A DNA stretch of 64,000 nucleotides from positions 352,001 through 416,000 of the forward strand of contig CAVYNY010000022.1 in NCBI GenBank assembly GCA_963769935.1. Direction: 5' to 3'. Below, in pieces: positions 1 to 10,356 of the stretch. Both the position numbers and the translations under genes were made by a program. This DNA is from an uncultured delta proteobacterium (GTDB lineage: Bacteria; Desulfobacterota; Desulfobacteria; Desulfobacterales; JAFDCJ01). The notes under the pieces are model-generated. The model was given only the letters and a program-made list of their open reading frames with translations. It did no database searches and was not told the origin of the DNA. Positions within the stretch are counted from its first letter, which is position 1; each line of letters starts with the position of its first letter.

Positions 1-12
1 AGCTTTCCGGTT

Positions 13-2088
13 TTGTGCCAGACCGCCAAATTCCTCGAGTGGATTCCCAAAGATATTTCTGAGGAAGAAATTCAAGACTCCCAACAGCACCTTTCCGTCA
101 TCCGGCGCCTGAAGGCCATGGTCGTACCGGAGCCCCAGGAAGGCACCAATATCATCAACATCCGGGTCAAGTCGGAGAATGCCCGGGAATCTGCAAAAGT
201 GGCCAACGCTTTTGCACGGTCCTATCGGGAATACAACATCCAGGAGAAAAATAAAAAAACCTTCGAGACCAAAGCCTTTATAGAAGAACAGCTGCGATTG
301 ACGTCCAATCGGCTCAGACTGGCAGAAAACGAGCTTCAGGCTTTTAAAGAAAGTTACGGTCTCATCTCCTTGGATGCCCAAACTCAAAATACGTTGAACA
401 GGCTTTATGCGGTGGAAACGGAGTTTGAGAAGACCAAAGTCGACATCGCCGAAGTTGAATCACAGCTGAAGATGATTCAGACCCATAAGGTGCCCACTTC
501 CGGAATCTTAAATGACAGTTTTTTCGCTGCTTCGCCAAGCTCTCCGGTGTATGGGTTGAAAACCAAGCTGAGCGATTTGCTGCTGAAACGCCAAACCCTG
601 CTGATCAATTTTACAGATAAACATCCCAGGGTAAAAGAAATCGACGATCAGGTGAACGCAGTACTCCACGAGACGGAGAAGGAGCTGCAATCATTGCTGA
701 ACTCGTATAATATCCGTAAGAATGATTTTACGCAAAGAATTAATCAACTCCGCCGCGAGAATATGAGCCTGCCCGAAAAGGGATTGCAGCTGGTTCGGCT
801 GCAGCGTGATGTTGAGCTGCAGGAATCACTTTACTCCCAGTTAAAAGAGAAATATCAGGAAACCTTAATTCAGGAATCCGGCAAAGTAGAGGAAGTAACG
901 ATTGTCAAACCGGCTTTGCCCCCCGAGGAGCCTTTTAATATCCCATCCAAGTTAATGATTGTTGTTACCGGAATCGTGATGGGACTTGTCATCGGCGTAG
1001 TGTTTGCCTTTTTGGCCGAGGTGTTTGACACATCCATGGGAACCATCGAGGATGTGGAGGAATTGCTGAATGTCCCGGTGCTGGGGATTATTCCCCAGCT
1101 GGATGACGAGATCAAGGGCAAACGCCGCACGGATCGAAGATTACCAACAGAAGACCGGACCCATGATCTGGTAACCCATTATGAACCAAAATCGATGGGT
1201 GCCGAAGCGTTTCGGGCGTTGCGAACCAATCTTCAATTCCTGCGCCTGGAGATGAAGGGTAAACTCTTTCTGATTACAAGCTCGTTTGTGCAGGAAGGCA
1301 AAACCTTAAATGTGGTGAACCTGGCACTGAGCATGGCCCAGGCCGGCAACAAGGTACTGCTGGTGGATGCGGATTTACGCAAACCATCGGTCCACAGGGT
1401 ATTCGGATTGTCCCGGGAACCCGGAATTACAGACTATGTGCTGGGAAATTATCACTGGCAGGAAGTAACCAATACGATTTCCGATGTCATGCTGGGTGAT
1501 TTCGGAATTGACGACATTTTAAAGACTCCGGGGATGGACAATCTCAATGTGGTTACCGCCGGCACCAAACCGCCCAACCCCACAGAAATATTAAGTTCAT
1601 CGCGTTTTCGGGAATTTTTAGCCGAAGCCAATAAAGTTTATGATTTCGTTTTTGTCGATTCACCGCCCATTTTACCGGTAGCCGATGCAGCTGAAATCGC
1701 TCCCCTGATGGATGCCGTCTTTTTGGTGTATACGGTGGGAAAGATCGGCCGTGGTGTCCTTAAACGTGCCAAGTCCAACCTGGACAATGTGGATGCCAAG
1801 GTTTTGGGTGTTATCTTAAACAACGTCAAGCCCGAAGCCGGCCCCGAGTATTTTAAATATCATTCCCAGCATTATTACGGTCCCGAAGGCGAATCGACTC
1901 ATCAAAAAAGAAAATTTTCAAAATGGCTGCAGAAAATAAGAATACCCCTAACCAAAGGGACAATAATAAAACTAAGTGTATTTGTCATCGCTCTGGTATT
2001 GTTGGCGCTGGGTATTTTCTGGCAGGATATAAATTATTTTACCAACGATTGGCTTGCAACACTAAAGGGATTATTCGCCTCACCTTAA
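13..2088 (+). CDS. Wzc-type polysaccharide co-polymerase / tyrosine autokinase (5' end lies outside window)
   Basis: Coiled-coil periplasmic region, TM helix, 'EAFRALRTNL', Walker A-like 'SSFVQEGKT', 'LLVDADLRKP', 'DSPP', Tyr cluster 'EYFKYHSQHYYG'. Confidence 0.9.
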   Translation: MCQTAKFLEWIPKDISEEEIQDSQQHLSVIRRLKAMVVPEPQEGTNIINIRVKSENARESAKVANAFARSYREYNIQEKNKKTFETKAFIEEQLRLTSNRLRLAENELQAFKESYGLISLDAQTQNTLNRLYAVETEFEKTKVDIAEVESQLKMIQTHKVPTSGILNDSFFAASPSSPVYGLKTKLSDLLLKRQTLLINFTDKHPRVKEIDDQVNAVLHETEKELQSLLNSYNIRKNDFTQRINQLRRENMSLPEKGLQLVRLQRDVELQESLYSQLKEKYQETLIQESGKVEEVTIVKPALPPEEPFNIPSKLMIVVTGIVMGLVIGVVFAFLAEVFDTSMGTIEDVEELLNVPVLGIIPQLDDEIKGKRRTDRRLPTEDRTHDLVTHYEPKSMGAEAFRALRTNLQFLRLEMKGKLFLITSSFVQEGKTLNVVNLALSMAQAGNKVLLVDADLRKPSVHRVFGLSREPGITDYVLGNYHWQEVTNTISDVMLGDFGIDDILKTPGMDNLNVVTAGTKPPNPTEILSSSRFREFLAEANKVYDFVFVDSPPILPVADAAEIAPLMDAVFLVYTVGKIGRGVLKRAKSNLDNVDAKVLGVILNNVKPEAGPEYFKYHSQHYYGPEGESTHQKRKFSKWLQKIRIPLTKGTIIKLSVFVIALVLLALGIFWQDINYFTNDWLATLKGLFASP

Positions 2089-2164
2089 AGCAGATATTTC
2101 TTATACCTAAAAGGCGCTTCACAACATAATGCCGAATGCTGAATTTAATAATTAGAGGTAAAGG

Positions 2165-3556
2165 GTGCGATCATTATTATTTGTAATCTCATTTCTGCTG
2201 GTCGCTTTGCTGGCTGGTTTTCTCCTCACCCAGTATTCACCCACCTTTCTTGTGCTGGCGGTTGTTGCGCTCATTATCTTCACCGTTTCCTTTATCAACA
2301 TCGAATGGGGTCTCTACATCCTGATTGTTTCCATGTTGTTGTCACCGGAATTTATGGCCGGTGATACCGGCGGGGCAACTTTGGGCAGAGGGGTAACACT
2401 GCGTCTGGAAGATTTCATGTTGGCGGTCATCGGAATCAGCTGGTTCGCGAGGAATGCGGTAAACAAGGAGCTTGGGCTTTTTTTAAAAACGCCTTTAAAC
2501 AAGGCCATCCTTTTTTACATTTTAGCCTGTGTATTGTCAACCGGCTTCGGCATCATGGCCGGCCGGGTCGAGCTGAAAACCGGTTCCCTGTATGTATTAA
2601 AATATATTGAATATTTCATCGTTTTTTTCATGATGGTCAATCATGTCCGCAACACGGATCAAATCAGGCGGTTTATAATCTGTTTATTTTTAACATGTTT
2701 TATTGCGTCGCTTATCGGCGCATTTCAAATTCCAGGGGGGGGGCGTGTGAGCGCACCGTTTGAAGGGGAAGTCGGAGAACCCAACACCTTCGGCGGATAC
2801 CTTCTGTTTATGGGGGCCGTGGCAGCCGGCTTACTTGCCAAATCCGAGAATTTAAGAAGCAGGCAAATTCTGGCCATCTTAATATTTTGCATCATCCCGC
2901 CGTTACTGTTCACCCAGTCCCGATCCTCCTATCTGGCAATTGTTCCGGCCCTGCTGGTACTGGGATATTTGACGGAGCGCAGGCTCATTATCTTGGGTTT
3001 GCTTGCGATTGCTCTCTTGGTAAGTCCTCTCTTTCTGCCCAAGGCCGTTAAAAACAGAGTTATGTTTACCTTCACCCAACCCGAGGAGCAGGGTCAGATT
3101 CGAATCGGCGAGTTGCGTCTGGATACCTCAACGTCTGCCAGAATAAAAAGTTGGAAAGATGCATTTGCGGATTGGCCCAAACATCCTTTGCTTGGATATG
3201 GCGTTACCGGTTATCATTTTGTGGATGCTCAATTTCCCCGGGTACTGATTGAGACAGGAATTTTAGGTTTGACTGCTTTTTTGTATCTTCTTTATTCCAT
3301 ACTCAAATTAACACTGAAAAATTTGAAAGAAGTCAAAACTCCCTATTTTCAAGGGCTTGGGATCGGGTTCCTGGCCGGTTTCGTGGGGCTCATTGTGCAT
3401 GCCATCGGGGCCAATACTTTTATTATTGTTCGTATCATGGAGCCCTTCTGGTTTTTTGTAGGAATTGTAGCAGTTCTGCCGATGCTGGAAAACCAACCCG
3501 CCGAACAAATTTCGGAAATCCCGGTGGCGGGCAGTACTGTCAAATTCAGCTTATGA
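2165..3556 (+). CDS. O-antigen ligase/polymerase (Wzy_C) family membrane protein
   Basis: Many TM helices; 'GEPNTFGGY', 'TQSRSSY', 'HPLLGYG'; follows wzc-like gene. Confidence 0.8.
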   Translation: MRSLLFVISFLLVALLAGFLLTQYSPTFLVLAVVALIIFTVSFINIEWGLYILIVSMLLSPEFMAGDTGGATLGRGVTLRLEDFMLAVIGISWFARNAVNKELGLFLKTPLNKAILFYILACVLSTGFGIMAGRVELKTGSLYVLKYIEYFIVFFMMVNHVRNTDQIRRFIICLFLTCFIASLIGAFQIPGGGRVSAPFEGEVGEPNTFGGYLLFMGAVAAGLLAKSENLRSRQILAILIFCIIPPLLFTQSRSSYLAIVPALLVLGYLTERRLIILGLLAIALLVSPLFLPKAVKNRVMFTFTQPEEQGQIRIGELRLDTSTSARIKSWKDAFADWPKHPLLGYGVTGYHFVDAQFPRVLIETGILGLTAFLYLLYSILKLTLKNLKEVKTPYFQGLGIGFLAGFVGLIVHAIGANTFIIVRIMEPFWFFVGIVAVLPMLENQPAEQISEIPVAGSTVKFSL

Positions 3557-3724
3557 TATATCGAGTGAGGCATTACTTCTTTTCTGCATCTTCCAAGGAG
3601 CGAAAAGATCTGCCTAAAACAACCAGGTATACTATTCACAATACTGGGCATACCTGTGATACATTGGTAATTCAATGTTGTTGAGATTCTATCAGCCATC
3701 TTACCGGTTTTGCTATCTTTGATC

Positions 3725-4267
3725 CTACCCGGGATTATTTCCCTTTAACCGGTTAACCGCCAGAAACAGCCCAGCAATGGATTTGGCGTCCTGAATCTCT
3801 CCCCGTTTTATCATTTCCAAGGCCTCATCGAACTCGATTTCATGGACATTGATGATTTCATCTTCGTCGAGGTGTTGCCGGGCCGGCTGCAGTCCGCTCG
3901 CCAGAAAGATATGAATCCTTTCATCCGAGTACCCGGGCACCGGCGTGATTTCGCCCAATTTCTGCCATTGGTCGGCCGAGTAGCCGGTTTCCTCAATCAG
4001 TTCCCTTTTGGCGCAATTCAGCACCGATTCCTGTGGATCAAGTGTACCGGCCGGAATTTCCCAGATATAGTCTTTCAACGCATGGCGGTATTGTTTTAGC
4101 AGGAGGACCTTGGATTCATACAGCAACGGGATAATGGCCGCTGCTCCGGGATGCTCCACAAATTCCAGATCGGTGGTGACACCGTTAGCCAGTGTGACAT
4201 TTTCTCTTATCAGGTCGAATACTCTGGCCCGATGGACAATCTGTCGGTTGTTTACCTTTGCAGTCAT
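3725..4267 (-). CDS. NUDIX hydrolase (ADP-ribose pyrophosphatase-like)
   Basis: Nudix box 'GTLDPQESVLNCAKRELIEETGY', 'HPGA', 'QYRH'; start moved to MTAKV (ATG 4267, GGAG upstream). Confidence 0.9.
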   Translation of the reverse strand: MTAKVNNRQIVHRARVFDLIRENVTLANGVTTDLEFVEHPGAAAIIPLLYESKVLLLKQYRHALKDYIWEIPAGTLDPQESVLNCAKRELIEETGYSADQWQKLGEITPVPGYSDERIHIFLASGLQPARQHLDEDEIINVHEIEFDEALEMIKRGEIQDAKSIAGLFLAVNRLKGNNPG

Positions 4268-4346
4268 AGTTGGCTCCTGTTTTTTATTTGGTTTTCGCCA
4301 GATATGTAGTATATAAATTGTAAGTCTGTCGTCAATAGGTTTAATT

Positions 4347-5021
4347 ATGCCGGGAAATAGAAAAATCAATCCGGGGATTTACCTTGTGGTTGTCTGCCTT
4401 GCAATTCTTTCCTGCCAAGCGATTCGAACGACTTATAATGTCACCGAAGGAGCCGTCAAAACTACTTACAAGCTTTCTAAATTTACCGTTAAATCTGCCT
4501 ACGGTGCCGGCAAACTTATTTATCTTGTGGGCGGTTTTACTTTCGAGGTGGTATCCGCCCCGCTAAGCTGGCCTTTGACGCACCAGGAGATAGAGACCAT
4601 TGACGATCTTCCGCCCAAAGAGGCCATTCGCCAGGATAAAGTCAAAAAATCGCCCTATGTCGTCAACGGCAGGCGGTACGTGCCCATGTCCGTGGAGCAG
4701 GCGCGCAAGTATCAGGAAACCGGCACGGCGTCCTGGTATGGATTTGAGACCTATCAGCAGGAAGGCGGCCACATGACGGCCAACGGCGAGGCCTTTAATC
4801 CCAGCGGGCTGACTGCGGCGCATAAGTATTTACCGCTGCCGACTTTTGTCAAAGTAACCAATCTTGAAAACCGCCGCAGCATTATCCTGCGGGTCAACGA
4901 CCGCGGTCCTTTCGTAGACGGCCGGATCATCGACCTGAGCGCCGGCGCCGCGCGCAAATTAGGCTTCTATGAGCAGGGAACCGCCAAAGTACGGGTCGAG
5001 GCCATTTCGGCTGAAGGCTAG
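4347..5021 (+). CDS. rlpA: Septal ring lytic transglycosylase RlpA family lipoprotein
   Basis: Lipobox-like 'LAILSC'; 'ASWYG', 'TANGE', 'TAAHKYLP', 'VNDRGPF', 'RIIDLS'. Confidence 0.9.
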   Translation: MPGNRKINPGIYLVVVCLAILSCQAIRTTYNVTEGAVKTTYKLSKFTVKSAYGAGKLIYLVGGFTFEVVSAPLSWPLTHQEIETIDDLPPKEAIRQDKVKKSPYVVNGRRYVPMSVEQARKYQETGTASWYGFETYQQEGGHMTANGEAFNPSGLTAAHKYLPLPTFVKVTNLENRRSIILRVNDRGPFVDGRIIDLSAGAARKLGFYEQGTAKVRVEAISAEG

Positions 5022-5389
5022 GAAATAGGTTGAATGCCAAAACTGATCGGTTCCAGGTCCAGGGTTCAAATGTTACAACCAATAGAGACCGTTTTTATCT
5101 CATCGGAATTGGCCTTAAGCTCCGGTGCATACATGGCATGGCCCCGGGTGGGCCGAGCACTGAATTTGCCCGGGGTTTCCGCCCGCAGCCGGTAACTGAT
5201 ACCGTGCCGGCCCCTACCTGAACTTTAGCAAAATTTGGTATTTGTTATTTGATATTATCCGATCTTGACGTTCAACTAAAATCGCGATAATCTCTTGTAA
5301 TTAGAGAATAAAGTTGTCACCGGAATCGATCCGACGGCTGTGCGACATTGCTTAAATCGATCGCGATATCAGGCGAGAAAGGAACCTCT

Positions 5390-6715
5390 ATGAAAAAACC
5401 CCAAATAAAAACGTCACTGCCCGGGCCGCAGGCTGAGAAACTGATCAAACTGGATAAAACCTATGTCTCCCCTTCCTACACCCGTGTTTATCCGCTCGTT
5501 GCCGACAAAGCCAAAGGCCTCTGGGTCCAGGATGTCGACGGCAACATCTTTCTCGATTTTACAGCCGGAATTGCCGTCAATGCCACCGGCCATTGCCATC
5601 CTCAGGTTGTTAAAGCGATCCAGACCCAGGCCCGGCGATTGCTGCACATGTCCGGCACGGATTTTTACTACACCCCTCAGATCATCCTGGCCGAAAAATT
5701 AGCCTCACTCCTGCCCGGTCGAGGCGCCAAACGGGTTTATTTTGGCAATTCCGGTGCTGAAGCAGTTGAAGCTGCCTTTAAGCTGGCGCGCTGGCACACC
5801 AAACGTGAGTTGAACATTGCGTTTTTTGGTGCTTTTCACGGGCGCACCATGGGAGCGCTTTCGCTAACCGCCAGCAAGACCGTTCAGAAAAAACACTATA
5901 ATCCGTTCGTGCCGGGTATCACCCATATTCCCTATGCCTACTGTTATCGCTGTGCCTACAACCTAACCTATCCCCAGTGCCATCTATACTGTGTGCGCTG
6001 GGTTGAGGATACTCTTTTTCGAACAACGGTACCGGCCGATGAAGTCGCAGCCATTTTCGTGGAGCCGATTCAGGGCGAGGGGGGCTATATCGTACCGCCA
6101 CCTGAATTTCACAAGGAATTGAAAAAGATCGCCGTTAAGTACGGCATTCTTTATGTTGCCGATGAAGTTCAGTCAGGCATGGGTCGCACCGGCAAGATGT
6201 TTGCAATGCAGCACTTCGGGGTTGCGGCGGATATAGTAGCGGTGGCCAAGGGGATCGCCTCCGGATTGCCCCTGGGCGCCATGATTGCACCGGCAAAAAT
6301 CATGAACTGGGAAGCCGGTTCCCACGCATCAACGTTTGGCGGCAATCCGCTTTCCTGCCAGGCGGCGATGGTGACCATCGAACTGCTTGAAAATAGTTTG
6401 ATGAAAAACGCTGCCGATAAGGGCGAGCGGCTTTTAAAGGGTCTGGCTGAACTGCAAAAAACCTATGAATGTATGGGCGATGTCCGGGGTAAAGGCTTGA
6501 TGGTGGCGGTTGAACTGGTTAAGGATCGCACGACCAAGAAGCCGGCAACCGATTGGCGGAGCCGGATAATTAATAGAGCATTTGAGAAGGGATTACTTCT
6601 ATTGGGCTGCGGTGAAAACAGCATCCGCTTTTCGCCGTCCCTGACCGTAAACGATGATGAGGTCGATGTTTGCCTGTCCATATTCGAAGAAGCCGTCAAG
6701 GAGGTGGCGGGATGA
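5390..6715 (+). CDS. Class III PLP aminotransferase (acetylornithine/4-aminobutyrate aminotransferase family)
   Basis: 'NSGAEAVE', 'AFHGRT', 'EPIQGEGG', 'DEVQSGMGRTG', 'AKGIASG'; start MKKPQ after AAGGA. Confidence 0.9.
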   Translation: MKKPQIKTSLPGPQAEKLIKLDKTYVSPSYTRVYPLVADKAKGLWVQDVDGNIFLDFTAGIAVNATGHCHPQVVKAIQTQARRLLHMSGTDFYYTPQIILAEKLASLLPGRGAKRVYFGNSGAEAVEAAFKLARWHTKRELNIAFFGAFHGRTMGALSLTASKTVQKKHYNPFVPGITHIPYAYCYRCAYNLTYPQCHLYCVRWVEDTLFRTTVPADEVAAIFVEPIQGEGGYIVPPPEFHKELKKIAVKYGILYVADEVQSGMGRTGKMFAMQHFGVAADIVAVAKGIASGLPLGAMIAPAKIMNWEAGSHASTFGGNPLSCQAAMVTIELLENSLMKNAADKGERLLKGLAELQKTYECMGDVRGKGLMVAVELVKDRTTKKPATDWRSRIINRAFEKGLLLLGCGENSIRFSPSLTVNDDEVDVCLSIFEEAVKEVAG

Positions 6716-7020
6716 ACCGATTGCGGATTTCGAATTTTAGATTGCGGAATTTTTAGGTTGCGGCTTGCAGGTTGCAAGCTATGCGATGCTGGATTCTGCT
6801 TAGAGAACAAAGGCAAAAGGCAAAAGGTTAAAGGAAAAAGGTTGTTAGTTAATTGAATTTATTGTGTTTGTTGAGTTAAAAGGGAGAGAGCGGGAAATGC
6901 CGGTTTTTTTCTCAACTTCTTACCTTCTTATCTACTTTCTTCCTGAGCTTCTCAACTTCCCAGCCTTCAAGCCTTTCAGCTTCTGTCCTCAGTCCTCCTT
7001 GTCTTCTGTTCAAACTAAAG
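6716..7020. repeat. Intergenic degenerate 7-8-mer tandem repeats
   Basis: Runs such as ttgcggatttcgaattttagattgcggaattt and aaaggcaaaaggcaaaaggttaaaggaaaaagg, then complementary-type runs (ttcagcctt, ttctcaactt). Confidence 0.6.
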
Positions 7021-7151
7021 CTCGGGTTCGGTTGGATGGTGGTATATTAACTTGCAAACCCGGATGCCGGGGGTTATTGTTTAGAGAGGCAGACAAACTA
7101 GTGCGGTTTGCGGATTAGAGCCGGAAATAAAAATTGAAAGGATTTGATTGG

Positions 7152-8678
7152 ATGCAGTCCATATTAAAAAAATTGGGTTTGCCGGCTGAGCTGTCGGGAG
7201 CCGGGTCTGGTTCGTGGATCGATTGCAGCGGGGAAATTTTATCATCTAAATCGCCCATTGACGGGCAGATGATTGGAGAAATACGGAGTGCCGCCGACAC
7301 TGATTATGAGAAAATTATTGGCAGGGCCGCCGAAGCATTTAAGACATGGCGCATGATTCCGGCCCCGCAACGCGGGGATATCGTGCGTCAGATCGGCAAC
7401 TCCCTGCGCGATCACAAAAAGGATCTTGGCGAGCTGGTGACCCTGGAAATGGGGAAGATCCAGGTCGAGGGTGAAGGCGAAGTGCAGGAGATGATCGATA
7501 TGGCGGATTATGCCGTGGGTCAGTCCCGGATGCTCTATGGATTGACCATGCCCAGCGAGCGGCCCGATCATCGAATGTTTGAGCAATGGCATCCGCTGGG
7601 TCCCATAGGCATCATTACGAGTTTTAATTTTCCGCTGGCGCCCTGGGCATGGAATACCATGATCGCGCTGGTTGCCGGTGATACCGTCATCTGGAAACCC
7701 TCCTCCAAAACGCCGATTACGGCCATCGCCGCTATGAACATTGTTTGGGAAGTGCTCAACAGCAACGGACTGCCGGAGGGTGTCTGCAATCTGATCATCG
7801 GAAACCGGAAAAATGTCGGAGAGGCGCTGATCCGGGATCGGCGGGTGCCTCTGATATCCGCCACGGGCAGTGTTGCCATGGGGCGCCATGTGGGGCAAGC
7901 CGTGGCTGCGCGCCTGGGCAGGTCAATTCTGGAACTCGGAGGCAACAATGCCGTCATTGTGACGCCCCGCGCCAACCCGACAATGGCGGTGCAGGCCATT
8001 GTTTTCGGCGCCGTGGGCACGGCCGGCCAGCGGTGCACCAGCACGCGCCGGGTGATCGTGCATGAGGACATTTACGATGTGCTCGTTGAATCCCTGATCA
8101 ACGCCTATCGGCAGATATGCATCGGCAATCCCCTTGAAGACGGCGTCCTCATGGGGCCGCTCGTTGACCAAAAGGCGGTCACCGCCATGCAAAACGCCCT
8201 GGTTCGGCTAAAGGAGCAGGGCGGAAAAATTCTTTACGGGGGTGAAGTGCTGTCCGGCGGAATTTATGATTCCCGGACGTATGTGACGCCGGCTATTTGT
8301 GAAGCCGCAGCCGCGATGCCGATTGTAGAAGAAGAAACTTTTGCGCCGATTGTGTATCTCATAAAATATCGGCAATTGGAGCAGGCCATCGCCGGACATA
8401 ATATTGTATCCCAAGGACTGTCTTCATCTATTTTTACCAATGATATTATAGAGGCCGAGAGCTTTCTCAGCCACAGGGGCAGTGATTGCGGTATTGCCAA
8501 CGTGAATGTCGGAACGTCCGGCGCTGAAATCGGCGGTGCTTTCGGCGGAGAGAAGGACACCGGCGGCGGCCGGGAAGCCGGATCCGATGCCTGGAAATCT
8601 TATATGCGCCGGCAGACCTGCACGATTAACTGGTCCGGAAAACTTCCCCTGGCCCAGGGGATCCAGTTTGAGTTATAA
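7152..8678 (+). CDS. ALDH7-type aldehyde dehydrogenase (piperideine-6-carboxylate / aminoadipate-semialdehyde dehydrogenase-like)
   Basis: 'EGEGEVQEMID', 'LELGGNNA', 'GTAGQRCT', 'GAEIGGAFGGEK', 'LPLAQGI'. Confidence 0.9.
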   Translation: MQSILKKLGLPAELSGAGSGSWIDCSGEILSSKSPIDGQMIGEIRSAADTDYEKIIGRAAEAFKTWRMIPAPQRGDIVRQIGNSLRDHKKDLGELVTLEMGKIQVEGEGEVQEMIDMADYAVGQSRMLYGLTMPSERPDHRMFEQWHPLGPIGIITSFNFPLAPWAWNTMIALVAGDTVIWKPSSKTPITAIAAMNIVWEVLNSNGLPEGVCNLIIGNRKNVGEALIRDRRVPLISATGSVAMGRHVGQAVAARLGRSILELGGNNAVIVTPRANPTMAVQAIVFGAVGTAGQRCTSTRRVIVHEDIYDVLVESLINAYRQICIGNPLEDGVLMGPLVDQKAVTAMQNALVRLKEQGGKILYGGEVLSGGIYDSRTYVTPAICEAAAAMPIVEEETFAPIVYLIKYRQLEQAIAGHNIVSQGLSSSIFTNDIIEAESFLSHRGSDCGIANVNVGTSGAEIGGAFGGEKDTGGGREAGSDAWKSYMRRQTCTINWSGKLPLAQGIQFEL

Positions 8679-8699
8679 CAGGACTGAGGGCTGAAAAAA

Positions 8700-8935
8700 A
8701 TCCCGGGTTGTGAGCTGCATGTTGCGGGTTGGTGCGGGTGCGGGGTTGCAGTTTGCAGGGTGCGGGGTTCAGGATGCGGTTTGTGGATGCCGGCTTTTAG
8801 ATGTTGGTTGATTGGGTTGGTGCTTGCGAACTTAAGAACTCACGAGCTTACCAGCTTACTATCTTCCCAAATTCCCGGCATCCCGGCCTATTTGCTATGA
8901 ACTATGGACTATCAACTGTCAACTCAATTAACTCA
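8700..8935. repeat. Intergenic degenerate heptamer repeats
   Basis: gttgcgg/gggtgcg runs followed by ctatgaa/tcaactc runs. Confidence 0.55.
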
Positions 8936-9844
8936 ATCAACTGAGTCAACCCCATTATTTGCACTAAAGGTGCCCTTCAGCCAGAGTTCGGCAGCTTCTG
9001 CCACGCCGCCGTTGTTGTTGGAGGCCACCGCGGTGAACCGGTTCTTGAGATCCGCCGGTGCATTGTCGACCACATAGCTGTTGTCCGTCCACTCCAGCAT
9101 ATCCAGGTCATTGTAATCATTTCCCACCGCAACGATCCGCTGTTTGTCAATCTGCAGCTGGCCAGCCAGCCAGGCCGCCGTCAGGCTTTTGGAGACGGTG
9201 TTCGGAAAAATTTCGATCCAGGTGGATTTGCCGTCCAGCGGCGAGGTAGTCTGAATTACGCTGAAATCGGGTAATGCGCCGCGAATTTTTGCAATTACGG
9301 CGGTGTTGCCCACGGCCGGAACCACCGCCAGCAGCTGGGTTGCAAGGTATAGACCATGGAAGATGTCAGTTAAGGGTTCCGCGTAGTGCTGGTAAAGTTG
9401 CAAACGTCTTTCAAAATCATCATTTTTGCTGTTTGATCTGAAATAGGCGAACATGTGATTGTCGGGGATCGCGCGATGAACCATAAAATCGAGTCGGCTG
9501 GATTTAAGTACTTCACATGCCCGTTCAACTTCATGAGTTTCGAGGCCCGCCTGGCGGACGATTTTACCGCCGGTATATTGCAGAACCCCCGCCCCCATTG
9601 AAAATATAACGAAATCCAGCGGCAGATTCGAAACGCAGGCCCTGTTAAAGGAAAACAATGATCGTCCGGTGGCAATCGTCCGCACGATACCCAGTTCACC
9701 GAGTCGCTGTAGAGCTTCAAGATCTGCCTCATTAAACGTTCGATCGGAACGCAGCAGGGTGCCGTCCAAATCCATAATAAAAAGTCCGCTCGGTTTGGTG
9801 CCGCCTTGCGGATTGATTATTTGATGGTTTTGAGAGATTATCAT
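8933..9844 (-). CDS. Cof-type HAD hydrolase
   Basis: 'DLDGTLL', 'ATGR', 'VSKS', 'GNDYNDLDML'; exact start uncertain. Confidence 0.85.
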   Translation of the reverse strand: MIISQNHQIINPQGGTKPSGLFIMDLDGTLLRSDRTFNEADLEALQRLGELGIVRTIATGRSLFSFNRACVSNLPLDFVIFSMGAGVLQYTGGKIVRQAGLETHEVERACEVLKSSRLDFMVHRAIPDNHMFAYFRSNSKNDDFERRLQLYQHYAEPLTDIFHGLYLATQLLAVVPAVGNTAVIAKIRGALPDFSVIQTTSPLDGKSTWIEIFPNTVSKSLTAAWLAGQLQIDKQRIVAVGNDYNDLDMLEWTDNSYVVDNAPADLKNRFTAVASNNNGGVAEAAELWLKGTFSANNGVDSVD

Positions 9845-10068
9845 TTGCGGGTATCCGGAAACAGAGAAATATTAGAGGAGATGGCCTTTAGTGTCAATTG
9901 AAATTCTGGCGCTGTCCGACAATCTGGCCCAGTCTGACCCAAACCGGTCTCCGGAACTATTGCTAAAGAAAACCCGTGGGGTGACGATATATAGTTAGCA
10001 GGCAAATTTCTGCCAAAGTTATGAATTTGATGCAAGTATATTTAAATTAAATATTATTTCAACTTGTT

Positions 10069-10302
10069 ATGAACTTGCGGGTTGATTTGAGAAGCGTTGA
10101 AAAGGAGATACGGTTGATATCGGAGGCTAACTGGGACATGGAAAAGGAAACGATCATATTTTTTGATAAACTGGGGTTTGGCTGGGTGCTTGACAACGTA
10201 ATGGTCAAAGGGATGAAATTAAATCATTTTAAAGAGGATTGTACCTATAATAAATCCCTGATCAAAATCCTGGAGAATCTATTGGAAAACCCGGGTGTGT
10301 GA
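10069..10302 (+). CDS. Hypothetical small protein
   Basis: 77-aa ORF, no recognised motif. Confidence 0.4.
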   Translation: MNLRVDLRSVEKEIRLISEANWDMEKETIIFFDKLGFGWVLDNVMVKGMKLNHFKEDCTYNKSLIKILENLLENPGV

Positions 10303-10356
10303 CGGGGTTAAGTTTCTAAGCTTTTCCAAACAACACCTGTCTTAAATCTTGGTGCA

